Notes under the pieces: generated by a model
The model's input: only the letters and a program-made list of their open reading frames with translations
What the model was told of the DNA's origin: nothing
The model's database searches: none
NCBI GenBank assembly: GCA_963709405.1
Contig: CAVPXM010000025.1
Location: 1-64,000, forward strand
Direction: 5' to 3'
DNA: 64,000 bases
Origin: an uncultured Nitrososphaerales archaeon
GTDB lineage: Archaea > Thermoproteota > Nitrososphaeria > Nitrososphaerales > Nitrososphaeraceae
Part shown: one piece after another, positions 25,217 to 35,908 of the stretch
Layout of the letters: every line of letters begins with the position of its first letter
Position numbering within the stretch: position 1 is the first letter of the stretch
Translations under genes and position numbers: made by a program

Positions 25217-26250
25217 TCAACCTCTAGATTTTGTTGTTGTGGAAAGAAATGTATTTAATATCTTACCGATCTCAGCCGGATATTGATCCACTACCGCATG
25301 CCCAGCATTTTTGATCTGTACAAGCCATGCTCCTGGAATCTTTTCTGCAATCTTTAAAGAATTAACATGATTCACGTAGAGATTATCATCTGTTCCAGCT
25401 ATGACCAACGTGGGTTTAGCCAATTTGGCAAGCTCATCACAAGCACCATTCCAGTTGGCTGCGTCCCAACGCTTTCCTACGTTATTCTGATTATTCATTA
25501 TTTCAGGGGGAAGACCAGGCTTCATTTGTTGGAATGTAAGGTTTGCTGGAAGGCCAACAGATTCAGGATGTAATCTTATCCATCCCGAGCCTAATGAGGC
25601 AGTTTGAAGCGATTTCATTTCCTCCTGAGAAATAGGAACATTATGTAGAGCTTTGTTTACAATATCGGATTGCAATTTCTTAAATGCAGGTGGTTGAGGT
25701 ATACCATAATTTCCACCACATGTTGCAGCAACAAGTGCAAGACTGTTAACTTTATCTGGATACATCATTGTAAACTGTTGGGCTATATGTGATCCAAGTG
25801 AATATCCCATAACATCTGCATTTGGTATTTTCAGAGCATTAAGCAAGCCAGCCGTATCATTGGCAAGTAGCTGTATAGAATATGGTTTGGAACCGGTTGT
25901 TGTATTTCCAAGTCCACGACTATCAAACACAATTACTGTGTGATTTGGAGAAAGAGTTTTTAGTAAGGATGGGTCCCAAGCATTCATAGTATCAGAAGCG
26001 CCATTGAAAAGTATTATAGGTTCACCTTTGCCAAACATCTTGTACGCAACATCAATATCTCCTACACGGACTTTTTTTAATGGGATATCTTGCATATTTA
26101 CCGAATTCGTAGTATTAGAATTCGTTTGGTTTGGATCTAACTGACTATACGCAATTTTAGGAGTACCAAAAGAGCCATTAATACTAATTAATGAACTAGC
26201 GATAATAAGCATGGATGCGGCAGCAATGAGGATTAGATGATCTTTCTGAA
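25217..26250 (-). CDS. Secreted alpha/beta hydrolase whose first codons and promoter are displaced by IS5 element B
   Basis: FDSRGLG, GYSLG, GTDD and AGH motifs. The empty-site frame begins at GTG 27214 (VSNHSLIQKDHLILIAAASMLII). Confidence 0.88.
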
Positions 26251-26253
26251 TAA

Positions 26254-27195
26254 GAACCCATCCGAAAAGTAGAGTTTTATTGAGTTATAAGCAAACTGTG
26301 TTTGATCGATAAAGCTTAGCTGTACTACACTTTCATTTGAGCTGTATTGATATCAGAGGTTAGTGGAGTTGATTCATCGTACTGCATACCTGATGTTGTA
26401 TGGGATAGAATCATTGGAGTGCTATCTCCATCAATACGTAGGAGAAAGAAGAAAAAGGCTGGTCGTCCAAGAATGGATGACAGGAAGGCTATGAGTGCTA
26501 TTTTCTACGTCCTACGTACAGGCTGTCAGTGGAATGCTCTACCAAGAAGTCTTGGTGCTTCAAGTACAGGTACATGACAGATTCCAGGAATGGAGAAAGG
26601 CTGGTGTTTTCAAGCGAATGTGGATCGATGGATTGTCGGTATATGATAAAAAAACTGGGATCGATTGGAAATGGCAGGCTATGGATGGAGTGATTACAAA
26701 AGCACCTCTTGGGGGAAAAAAGCACAGGACCAAATCCCACGGACAGAGCTAAATCAGGTACAAAACGCAGTATTCTAGTAGATGGTAAAGGAGTACCACT
26801 TGGTGTATCTGTAGATGGAGCTAACAGACATGACATGAAGATGACCAAAGCAACACTGCAAAGCATAGTCATCTATAGACCTGAACCAACAATCAGATCA
26901 AAGCAGCACATGTGCATGGACAAAGGCTACGCGTTTCCAGAGGTATACGAATTACTGGAAGAGTATGGCTATACAATTCACATCAGATTAAAAGGAAAGG
27001 AAAGAAGCAGCATTAAAGAAGGAATACCAAAATACAGAGCTAGACGATGGGTTGTTGAAAGAACCCATTCTTGGATGAACAGGTTTAGACGATTGCTAAT
27101 AAGATGGGAAAAGAGGATTGAAAACTATATTGGAATGTTACATTTTTCATGTGCATGGATCACCTATAGAAGAAGTGGACTTTTCGCATAGGCTC
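26254..27195 (+). mobile_element. IS5-family element B, copy 1 (extra base frameshifts orfA)
   Basis: TIRs GAACCCATCCGAAAAG / CTTTTCGCATAGGCTC; TAA duplication; transposase pieces 26347-26752 and 26709-27191. Confidence 0.95.
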
Positions 27196-27745
27196 TAAGA
27201 CTGTGATTTGACACTAGGTTTAATTCGCAGTGATCTATATAAGCTGTCTTATGATTTACCGGGATTTTGAAACCACGAGCTGTCTCTAACTTCTACTCCA
27301 TATCTGAATCTTGTATCGCGTGTTAGGTCAATTACTCGACATTGGTTAATCATCAAAACCGTAGCTTTACTGACGATGAACTCCTTTATTATTAAAACAG
27401 TTTTAATATCCTTTACGAGAACATAGAGATGATTGACGAATTAAGAAAGCAATTTCTAAAATATAAGCCAGACAAGGTTGAAAGAAGAAATGGTATGTTA
27501 ATTTTTGATTTAGTTACAAAATATTGTCTATTTTCTGAAACATTAGGAGCTCTTATAAACGGATTTGAGTCTTCAAATCAACATGCACAATCAATTAAAT
27601 GGATTGTCTTAGTCTTACTCTTAGTACCCCAGAGTTTCTAGATAATAATAATAAAAATCAAATCATCATGATAGAGTCCATAACTAAGGCATCTAATCAC
27701 CAAAAAAAGAGAATAAGAACATCATTTAATCTGTTCCAATAATTC

Positions 27746-28139
27746 CTAGGATATCAAACCCATCGGCGTATCACAACCTATAGGGCTCTGGTTGACGATG
27801 CGTATGGATACGTGAAGGCTAGGACTTGGAGCCATGGTACCAGTAGGCGAGTATGTGTTCTCTGTCTACGCAAGAGGCACAGCAGAGTTCGTAGTAGATC
27901 TGACACTCGGAGGCAATATACGCAAGTCGTAGAGGATCAATGCTGTCAATGCATACCAACGAGTGAGCGTCCCATTCACCCATCAGCTTGGTGGGGTTTC
28001 CAACCTTACCATTTGGGCACGTCATATACCGGTAGACGCGACAGTGAACGTTGGATTCCTTCCTGATTGCTAATTTTGGCTGACAGCAGATTCATGTTGA
28101 AGCTAAAGTAAGTATAGGTAACACTTCTCCGAGTGTCTA
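27746..28139 (-). mobile_element. Probable non-autonomous IS110-type mini-element with long non-coding arm
   Basis: GC-richer island bounded by a TAG direct core; TAGACA-N17-TATACT, AGGAAGGA, 9-codon stub (ACG)FTV.., and an 11-bp internal complement of the end. Family assignment is inference. Confidence 0.55.
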
Positions 28140-28619
28140 TTAACTCAGTAATCTTACTGATAACGACGTGTTAGCCACAATTACAGACGTGCAATGTTAA
28201 AAAATATTTATCTAATTCTATATCAAACAATCAATCTATGAAATTCTTCGGTTCCGAGGTGAGATATGAAGAGATCCGGTTAATGTGTGAAGATATTCGT
28301 CGATATTTTAGAGAAGGGGCCCAAGAAAGGTGTATGGCTTTACAAATTGCTAATGAAAACATTTTACAATGGCACAACAATATCGTTGACTTCTTTAAGG
28401 AATTTGGGAAGCGAAAAATTACCTACGGTGAATTTCACCACAGAAAACACATTTGTTATATACCATAGACCTACCAGTTCTTGGAGCATTTATACCAAAA
28501 TGAACTGTATTAAAGCAGCTGATGCACAAATGCTGATTACATTCTGAACATGTATGGTACTCTTCATTTTTAGTGCATTTGTCACATAATATCATTATTC
28601 GCTAGAACACCACTGTGTG

Positions 28620-28799
28620 CTACCTTACTTGTTTTGCACACATGTCACAGTACTTCTCTATTACAATAACACCTTCGCCGACATCGAATAGTGCTTCCAT
28701 AGTAGCTATATTGCCACAGGTTATACAAAATCTGTTCTTGTGCTTGTGGGAATCCTTAACCGTAGGATATGCTCTTAAAGAGGTTAATCTTTTTTCCAA
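28620..28799 (-). CDS. Small CxxC...CxxC zinc-finger protein (59 aa)
   Basis: LEKRLTSLRAYPTVKDSHKHKNRFCITCGNIATMEALFDVGEGVIVIEKYCDMCAKQVR*; below the ORF-track size cutoff. Confidence 0.75.
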   Translation of the reverse strand: MEKRLTSLRAYPTVKDSHKHKNRFCITCGNIATMEALFDVGEGVIVIEKYCDMCAKQVR

Positions 28800-29514
28800 G
28801 GCCTAGTTATCACCTCTTTTATGGCTATTTGATGAAAGTAGGAACCTTAAACATAATACATTGGATGATTTTACGTCATGACTCTGAACATTTGCCTTGT
28901 TTTCCATCTCTTCGTAGAGGCTTAGCCTCTTATGAACCTAACCTTCAGGAAAATTGATTGCTGAAAAGCAGTGTAAGCATGATTATATCTATAACAGTCT
29001 AGTTCTGACTAGACTTATACAATTATCTTTCGTAGCAATAACGAATCATCAACATAGCGTTATATTTCTGGAAGAATTTGCTATTCTATTATTTTAGGCC
29101 ATCTCATTCCCAGAAGACAAACGACGTGTCCTATAGATAAAATTATTGAGGCATGATGACTTTACAACTCCTAAATGTGAAATCCTTAGCAAGGGTCATT
29201 TCTCAAACCAACCTGTAAACCATGCATATCATTACTGTTCCAATCTTGGATACTATAAGTAGTCATGCACGGTAATGATGCACTCTCAGATATCAATACA
29301 ACTAAAATCTACCAAGCATCATAGAAAGTTGAGAGATCCATAAGATATTGAGTAACATAATCTACAAGTTCACAGAAAAATATGATACCAGCCTATCACT
29401 AAAATTGTCCTATATGGTTATTGACCATGGTCTAATTAGATGATTACAAATCATGCAACTATATGTAGATAAGCTTAGTGTTCATCCTTCCCGGTTCTCG
29501 GCTCTAGGCAAAAC

Positions 29515-29692
29515 GGAGGAATGAGATTGAATGAGAGGTTGACTAAGTGGGCGGAGCAGCCGCTTGCTATCGATTGTCGCCGCTGCGCCGGCGCTTGGCG
29601 GCTCCGTCACGCGTCCGGGTGACACAGTTGGCGCTGCGGTGGGAATGCCGCTCCCTCGAGGCTTCTATTTGCAGAATCAACTGATCGAGGAT
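29515..29692 (+). pseudogene. GC-rich 5' fragment resembling an alphaproteobacterial SphA/MetA-pathway outer-membrane protein
   Basis: GGAGGA-ATG, signal-like AAAPALG, then GSVTRPGDTVGAAVGMPLPRGFY. Confidence 0.5.
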
Positions 29693-29985
29693 TACTACCC
29701 AGTCTCCTACTACATACAAACTGTCTGCAATCTTTGGGTCGGGCCTTCCAGCTAATCCGCCTCCTGCGGCAGGAACAAGAGCATTAGACACTACCATGTT
29801 GGGCAATGGCGTTTTCTTAACAAACACCTGTCTCCATCCTGGCTGCAGTAAATCAAGGATCTCCTCTAACTCCGGCTGGCCTTCTCTTGGCTTAGGTTCA
29901 ATTGAAGTACCAAGATATTTTGCGACATGGATTACTGCCCCACCCTCTGGAGCAAGCTTTGCATGTGCAGAATGAACTGAAAAAT
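29693..29985 (-). pseudogene. Phytoene-dehydrogenase-like FAD oxidoreductase, internal/C-terminal fragment
   Basis: FSVHSAHAKLAPEGGAVIHVAKYL...LDLLQPGWR...LYVVGDWV. Confidence 0.75.
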
Positions 29986-30067
29986 TCCTCCAATAATTTT
30001 CCGTTAGGTAAACGCATACACTTTCACGCTCAGAACTTTGTTACTCTCTAACTATTACCAACCGGCA

Positions 30068-30088
30068 TGGAGGGAATGGGATTTGAAC
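30068..30088 (-). other. tRNA-like 3' end fragment (possible att scar)
   Basis: Minus strand GTTCAAATCCCATTCCCTCCA: T-loop, 3' T-stem and acceptor strand, with no 5' half. Confidence 0.4.
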
Positions 30089-30226
30089 ACGGGAGGGCAG
30101 GTCAGGGAAAGGGGCGGTAATAGACTGATAGATTATGACTATACCCGTCGTTACGCCTTCTCTACTAGATGTCCGACCACACCTGACCCACCACAGGTTT
30201 TAATATTAATTACTTTCGTATATATT

Positions 30227-31168
30227 ATGAAAGCCGGAATATTCTTACCGCAATCTGGAGACTCTGCGACAAGAGATAACGTTCTCTATATTGCAAAGGA
30301 GGCTGAAAGGGAAGGCTTTAATTCTGTTTGGGTAATGGAGCGACTTTTGTGGCCAGTCAAGCCCCAGTCACCATATCCTGGAACACCTGACGGTTCTCTT
30401 CCGGTTGAATACCAAAATGTACTTGACCCACTGGAGACGCTTACCTACTTGGCAGGCAATACCAATCAAATTTCTTTAGGAACTTGTATAATTGATATGC
30501 TGTTTCATAATCCAGTAGTATTGGCAAGGCGACTTGCAACACTCGACATCCTGTCGCAGGGAAGGGCTATTGCAGGTCTAGGAATTGGATGGTCAAAAGA
30601 TGAGTATGAAGCTTCAGGTATACCTTACGAATACAGAGGAGAAAGGGCAAATGAATATTTGCAAGTGCTAAAACGAGTTTGGACTGATGAGGTAGTCGAA
30701 TTTAAAGGTCACTTCTACTCGATACCAGCTTCAAAAATTGGGCCTAAGCCTGTGCAGAAGCCTCATCCCCCAATACTGCTTGGTGGATTCAGTCCAAAGA
30801 CATTCTTACGAATAATAAACTATGCAGATGGTTGGATAACTATTGCCGGATTTGGACCATTGAAACAACTTGAGCAGGCTATAAACAGCTTAAAAGAAGG
30901 TGCAAGAAAAGCCGACAAAGACCCTTCAAAGATTCGTGTAGTTATGTTGACGTATCCAAATGTGCTAGACTCCTCCTCCTCAAATTCCTCCTCAGAGCGA
31001 CAGAGATTGCCCATGACCGGTACCACTGACCAAATTGGAACTGACATTGATCAAATCAAAGCGATGGGCGTAGAGCATATAATATTCGGTTATTTCTTAT
31101 CTCCAATAGGCAAGGATATGAAGAAGATGATCGAGATAACGAAACAGCTTGCTAAATTTGCTAAATAA
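30227..31168 (+). CDS. F420-dependent LLM-class oxidoreductase (TIGR03619-like)
   Basis: MKAGIFLPQ, LDPLETL, LARRLATLDILSQGR, GIGWSKDEY and PKPVQKPHPPI motifs; TATA-like TTTTAATA about 25 bp upstream of ATG 30227. Confidence 0.92.
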   Translation: MKAGIFLPQSGDSATRDNVLYIAKEAEREGFNSVWVMERLLWPVKPQSPYPGTPDGSLPVEYQNVLDPLETLTYLAGNTNQISLGTCIIDMLFHNPVVLARRLATLDILSQGRAIAGLGIGWSKDEYEASGIPYEYRGERANEYLQVLKRVWTDEVVEFKGHFYSIPASKIGPKPVQKPHPPILLGGFSPKTFLRIINYADGWITIAGFGPLKQLEQAINSLKEGARKADKDPSKIRVVMLTYPNVLDSSSSNSSSERQRLPMTGTTDQIGTDIDQIKAMGVEHIIFGYFLSPIGKDMKKMIEITKQLAKFAK

Positions 31169-31237
31169 AAAATGGAGGCTACTATAGTAAATTTATGAAA
31201 GGCTCTCGTGATTGCTACGTCCTCGGTTTTTGTGAAA

Positions 31238-31390
31238 CTATATCTGTTTTTTGAGATCTCCATTTTCCAATGTTATCCTATTTATCGTATTGCATTTCTC
31301 ACACTTGGCACCAAAGTCAGTTATATTCCAAAAAGCGTAGAAAGTAAGATAATTTAATTCACCGTATTTCTTACATGAATTATACTGCTT
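31238..31390 (-). pseudogene. Small zinc-ribbon protein remnant
   Basis: SCKKYGELNYLTFYAFWNITDFGAKCEKCNTINRITLENGDLKKQI*. Confidence 0.55.
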
Positions 31391-32804
31391 CCAATGCAAT
31401 TCTTTGAGTACAAAATTTCAACTCTCTTCTTTCTCACCCTTATATATACCCAGCATATTATTCAAAAAAGATAATTTCCCAGTAGAATTTATGCTATATG
31501 CTGGTGCCCCTTGATAGTCTGTAAAATTTCCTACAGCTATGGAAGTATAGTTTGCCGTCTCACTCCCATCCTTGGTCATGCTTAGATGCAGCATGCCATT
31601 TGGTTGTGTTATCTACCTGTCTCCAGTATTCAAGTATTCTATGATCTATATTGTAGTAATAGTTGGTAGCTGCCGATAGGTCCTCGTGTCAATCTGAAGC
31701 TATTCTTGTTTTTTAAGTTCTCCGTTCTTGAGGGTTATCCTAGTTGTCCGGTGTTATAGCATGTAGTTATTTCTAATGCATGAGTGCTTAATATTCGACC
31801 ACATTATATAGATATGAAAACAATCGCATGTCCCAAGAAAATGGTAACGTCAATATCCTGGCCAAAGAAATCAATTATGGAAGACTTTGGAAATGTACTA
31901 AGGGATGAAAATTCATGAATGAAGTTTTGATTTGATCTCGTTTACGAGTTGTTCAGTATTTATTGGCTTCCTAATAAACCAATCAACATTTAAACCAGGA
32001 TACTCCTTCTTTAGAGTATCGTAATGTACTCCGTATGGGGCTATAATATCCTAAATTTAGTATTAAGGTAATGACTATGAAAGATCTTGGATACGATGAA
32101 ATGAGTAATCGCTTGTATGTAAAGAATATACTTGATGATTCTAAGCTTAACCCCCTTGGAGCCCATAATTCTGTTAGGAATGGTTAACCGTCCAGGGCAT
32201 TTATCTTGTCCCACAACGAAAATAGGTACTGGCTCTGGTGCGAAACTGTAGGTTCACGACTATTAAACAATGAATGAATGTTAGTTATATATCCGCAGAT
32301 CATCGGCCTTTGCTAGAGGAAGAATTAGAACCTGTATCTCTGCTAAATGGAGTGACATTACCGGAAGCTGGATTAACATAGTGATGTGAAATATCAGAAT
32401 GAGCTTCAAGCCAAGAATAAAGATCTGCTATGACGTATGGTTGTATTGGTCCAAAAGACGTCTGCCATTCAGAGAAAGGTTAGAATACATGACCATTACT
32501 ACTGTTGTTATAGAAAGACAAATTACATTAGCTTAAAGATTAGGATGATGAAGAACAATGCAGAACAATGCGCTACCTCGTGGTTATGGTTGTTACCAAA
32601 GTAGTCTACATGCAGTGTTTTGATTTCCAATTTGCAGTATATAATTCTTGGAGAGACTTACTGTGAATATCGATGGAGCGGTAGAAGTAACAGCTTACTT
32701 GACTATTAATATTGGGCGTTTAATCTGGGTTGCTACATGAGAAGCAGTTGAGCCATACAATCGCTGCCTTAATTTTGATTTTTCCTCTTCACCTATGACA
32801 ATTA

Positions 32805-33040
32805 GGCTCTGTAAAGTTAAGGAAAAAGCTATAGGTTTCTTTCTCGTTTTCTATATGTGATATATCAGATAAGAAAGAGAACTGACGTTAAAGACATAGT
32901 ATATGCGTTGCATCTTTATTTTAATGGTCTTTCGTTAAGAAATACTTCTAAGGCCTTGTCCACATTTGTTACAAGAAGCCACACTGCTATAAGGGATTGG
33001 ATCCAAAAGTATAATCCTCAGAGGTTGTATTATAGTAACG
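32805..33040 (+). mobile_element. IS6-family left end and transposase N-terminal stub
   Basis: End GGCTCTGTAAAGTTAA; YALHLYFNGLSLRNTS...SHTAIRDWIQKY. Confidence 0.8.
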
Positions 33041-33059
33041 GTCGATAATATCCTATACA

Positions 33060-34160
33060 CTAAAGGAAAGACAAACGCTTTTCGTAATTACAAATTACAA
33101 AGACAAATGCTTGTTGGACTGGAGTCTGAGAATCATTTTCTCCATTGAGCAGTAGGATACCTGTAGATTTAGAGACATTACCAATGATGCTCAAATTTGG
33201 TGTCATACTATCTAGCGATCTCCACAATATAGGACATATTTCAAGAGTGTTACAGTTGAGGGATTTGAAGGATGTAATGTTCTCATATCCCTTTATCAGC
33301 AAAGGTTTAAGTTGTTTATCAATACTTATGTAACCATTAGTACCAAAAACCTTTCCTAGGATGGTGGTTACGGCTTTAGTATTATTGGTATGCAAGAACA
33401 AATGTGGCAATGGCAAGAGCTTCAAAAACAAAGGATCGTTTGCCATTTGTTGTACTGATACCAAGCCAGTGTGATTTTTATCCAATACTTGTTTAGCGTA
33501 CTGTGAGGGCAAGTATACGACTTGATAGTATTCAGCTACTTTTAAAGGGTTCTGGGCTAACGTGGCCATAAGTATAATGTTCTTTACCCTTGTCGAATTG
33601 TCTATTGCCACTCTAGGTGCATAAAGTGTACCTTCGCTATGACCAATTATACTTATCCTCTTAGGATCTACCTCAGGTTGTTGTATAAGAACAGTCAACG
33701 CTTTCTTACTGTCTTGAATCAGATCATTGGCTGTGGTATTTCCCCATACATTTGGATTCGAGATAGTATAGTTTGCACCAACACCTCTCTTATCATATCT
33801 AAGAACAACAAAGCCTCTTTCTGATAGATATTGAGCTATCTGCCAAAACGGCGTAGGAGGTTTGGGACCATTCTTGTGAACAAATCCTAATGTTTCATTC
33901 TTATCGGTAGCACCAGACCCGTGGATAAGTAATACTCCTGGGAATGGGCCTTTTCCAATAGCAGGATAAGTCAGCTGAGCATTAGTCTTGACTCCATTAC
34001 CTAAGTCTATTACTAGATTTCTATATTTTACGGTCTGGATATATGGTTGCGCTAGTGCAGTTTGTTGTTCGTTAGAAATAGTAGCAGCTAAACAAGATAA
34101 TACAAGTATGGCTATCAATAATAATCCCAGAGGGAGCGTCATACTTTTTGCTCTATTCAA
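33060..34160 (-). CDS. Secreted alpha/beta hydrolase, C-terminus truncated
   Basis: Signal peptide, LIHGSG, LRYDKRG, GHSEG, GENDSQTP; the catalytic-His region present in paralog 13933-14658 is absent. Confidence 0.85.
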   Translation of the reverse strand: MNRAKSMTLPLGLLLIAILVLSCLAATISNEQQTALAQPYIQTVKYRNLVIDLGNGVKTNAQLTYPAIGKGPFPGVLLIHGSGATDKNETLGFVHKNGPKPPTPFWQIAQYLSERGFVVLRYDKRGVGANYTISNPNVWGNTTANDLIQDSKKALTVLIQQPEVDPKRISIIGHSEGTLYAPRVAIDNSTRVKNIILMATLAQNPLKVAEYYQVVYLPSQYAKQVLDKNHTGLVSVQQMANDPLFLKLLPLPHLFLHTNNTKAVTTILGKVFGTNGYISIDKQLKPLLIKGYENITSFKSLNCNTLEICPILWRSLDSMTPNLSIIGNVSKSTGILLLNGENDSQTPVQQAFVFVICNYEKRLSFL

Positions 34161-34234
34161 CTTGCGATACTAGTAATCTGATCCTTTGTATTTGAGGTTT
34201 TATGGATAAACGCCAAACAGAGGGTTAGTTAGTC

Positions 34235-34510
34235 TGGATTCATTCTAAATACGTCATGGGGCAAATACTTACGTTTCTTTCTGACTTGCTGAACATATTG
34301 CAAGAGATTCTTCATCGGTAGGTTCTTTTGAAAAATGTCATCGTGTATTAATGAATTCTTATCTATAATATGCGGCACTTGGCGCGCTTCATGCTAGATA
34401 TGAGCACATAAATTTTTTATCACGATACTGAGACACTAGTCTATACATCGGGCGCAGCATTTTCGATAATATCTATAATGTGACACGCCGCATACCGTAT
34501 TAGAAGACAC
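34235..34510. repeat. Dispersed repeat, copy 1 (homologous to 54962-55210)
   Basis: About 105 bp of high identity (TGGATTCATT..AAATACGTCATGGGG..AAAATGTCATCG), then weaker identity up to CGTATTAGAAG. Confidence 0.85.
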
Positions 34511-34578
34511 CTTTTTCGACATTATTCCGGAACTGATAAAATATCCAATATAATATGATTTGAGTTATGAGTAGAGTC

Positions 34579-34880
34579 CTATGATTTAGTCAACACATTG
34601 TACAAGTATGCCTTTTCTGTCTTTAACTTTTCTAGACTTATCGGTAGAAATGCATACCTTTTTGCAGAAGTAATGTTATATTTGATCACGTAATTGGGAC
34701 TGAAATCTAGTCTCCTTAAATCTCGACATCTATCAAGCCAATTTCTGATTGTGCCGTAAGCCTCATCACAGAACACTTTCTAATATTAACAAGATATGGG
34801 ACCAAGATGCGCCATACAGTAAATTTCCTATAATCATATTTATCGGAGTTTGTAATAGACTTCTCAATCCACCACCTCGT
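34579..34880 (-). pseudogene. PriX-like (primase non-catalytic subunit) domain remnant
   Basis: WWIEK..DYRKFTVWRILVPYLVNIRK..(fs)DEAYGTIRNWLDRC..LDF..FLPISLEKLK. Confidence 0.7.
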
Positions 34881-35160
34881 CGTCGTTGATAATATAGTGA
34901 TGCAACAGTCTACTTGAATCAATAATATTCTAATTGATATTGAACCCTAAAAACTCCTTTAATTTTTCTTTATCTTCTACAATCTCATCAATTGGATAAC
35001 CTTCTTGTTTCGCAACTTCATAAATTCTATCAAACATATCTATAATTGCCTTCGCCATTTCTGCTAAATTATCTATCTTTTGTAGAAGGTCTCCTGATAC
35101 TCGTAGCGACAACTCGTTAGCCCTGTTCTAACCTTCTAGTCGGTCTTCATCATAGACTTT

Positions 35161-35622
35161 ATGCATACTGACTTCAAAGAATACCTTCTTGCAGAGTCCT
35201 ATCTTGAAAGTATAATCAAAGATAAGCCATACAGACTAAATGTGGGTGTTCCAAGTAAAGAAACGATATCATTCCTTGACGGACTGCTTCAGTTTATTGC
35301 TAAGGGGGAAGACTCGTATTTCAAACGATATGCGGACAGGCTGCTAGAATCTTTTAACGACACAGAATTTGATTATGAAAAAAAATGCCAATCAAAGCCC
35401 TCTTTAGCTGTAGACGTTATAAGAGAAAAGTCAAAAATGTATATCCAGGATGAACATATCATATTTCAAATTGTGGATGATTCAGCAAGAGAAATATGGC
35501 GTATTGCACAAATACAAACTAATCAGTATCAAAACCTTTGGATTCATAGATGGATATCTTTATTTGTTTTAAGCAGGATAGGATTTTTGCAATTCGAAGA
35601 GAATCTTCAAGGAAAAAGTTAG
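35161..35622 (+). CDS. Hypothetical protein, possibly the upstream part of the pentapeptide gene
   Basis: 153-aa ORF with no recognised motif. Confidence 0.4.
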   Translation: MHTDFKEYLLAESYLESIIKDKPYRLNVGVPSKETISFLDGLLQFIAKGEDSYFKRYADRLLESFNDTEFDYEKKCQSKPSLAVDVIREKSKMYIQDEHIIFQIVDDSAREIWRIAQIQTNQYQNLWIHRWISLFVLSRIGFLQFEENLQGKS

Positions 35623-35659
35623 TACACTCATAAGATATTCTAGTAGTCTAATACCTTTT

Positions 35660-35908
35660 TATTTTAAGAATCTGGAGAGAATTGACCTTTCAGGAACTGA
35701 CCTTAGAAATGCCGATTTGGAAAAGTCAAACTTGTACGAATCTAGCCTATCTGATTCTAACTTGGAAAACGCTAATCTAGCCGGCGCTGACTTACGAAAG
35801 GCTAATCTTTCAGGATCTAATCTTTCAGGAGCCGACTTAAGAGATGCTAAGTATGCCGATACCAATTTTATAAATGCTAACTATAGAGGTACGATAGGAT
35901 TGGAGTAA
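35660..35908 (+). pseudogene. Pentapeptide-repeat protein fragment
   Basis: IDLSG TDLRN ADLEK SNLYE ... ANLAG ADLRK ANLSG SNLSG ADLRD. Confidence 0.85.

Noticed and set aside
27749-28080. Group II intron fragment, or the ORFs 27812-28066 and 27819-28025
   Set aside because: No GTGCG 5' end, domain V or RT remnant seen; the ORFs have no protein-like motifs.
30038-30226. 63-aa N-terminal extension of the LLM oxidoreductase
   Set aside because: The family starts at MKAGIFLPQ, and a TATA-like box precedes ATG 30227.
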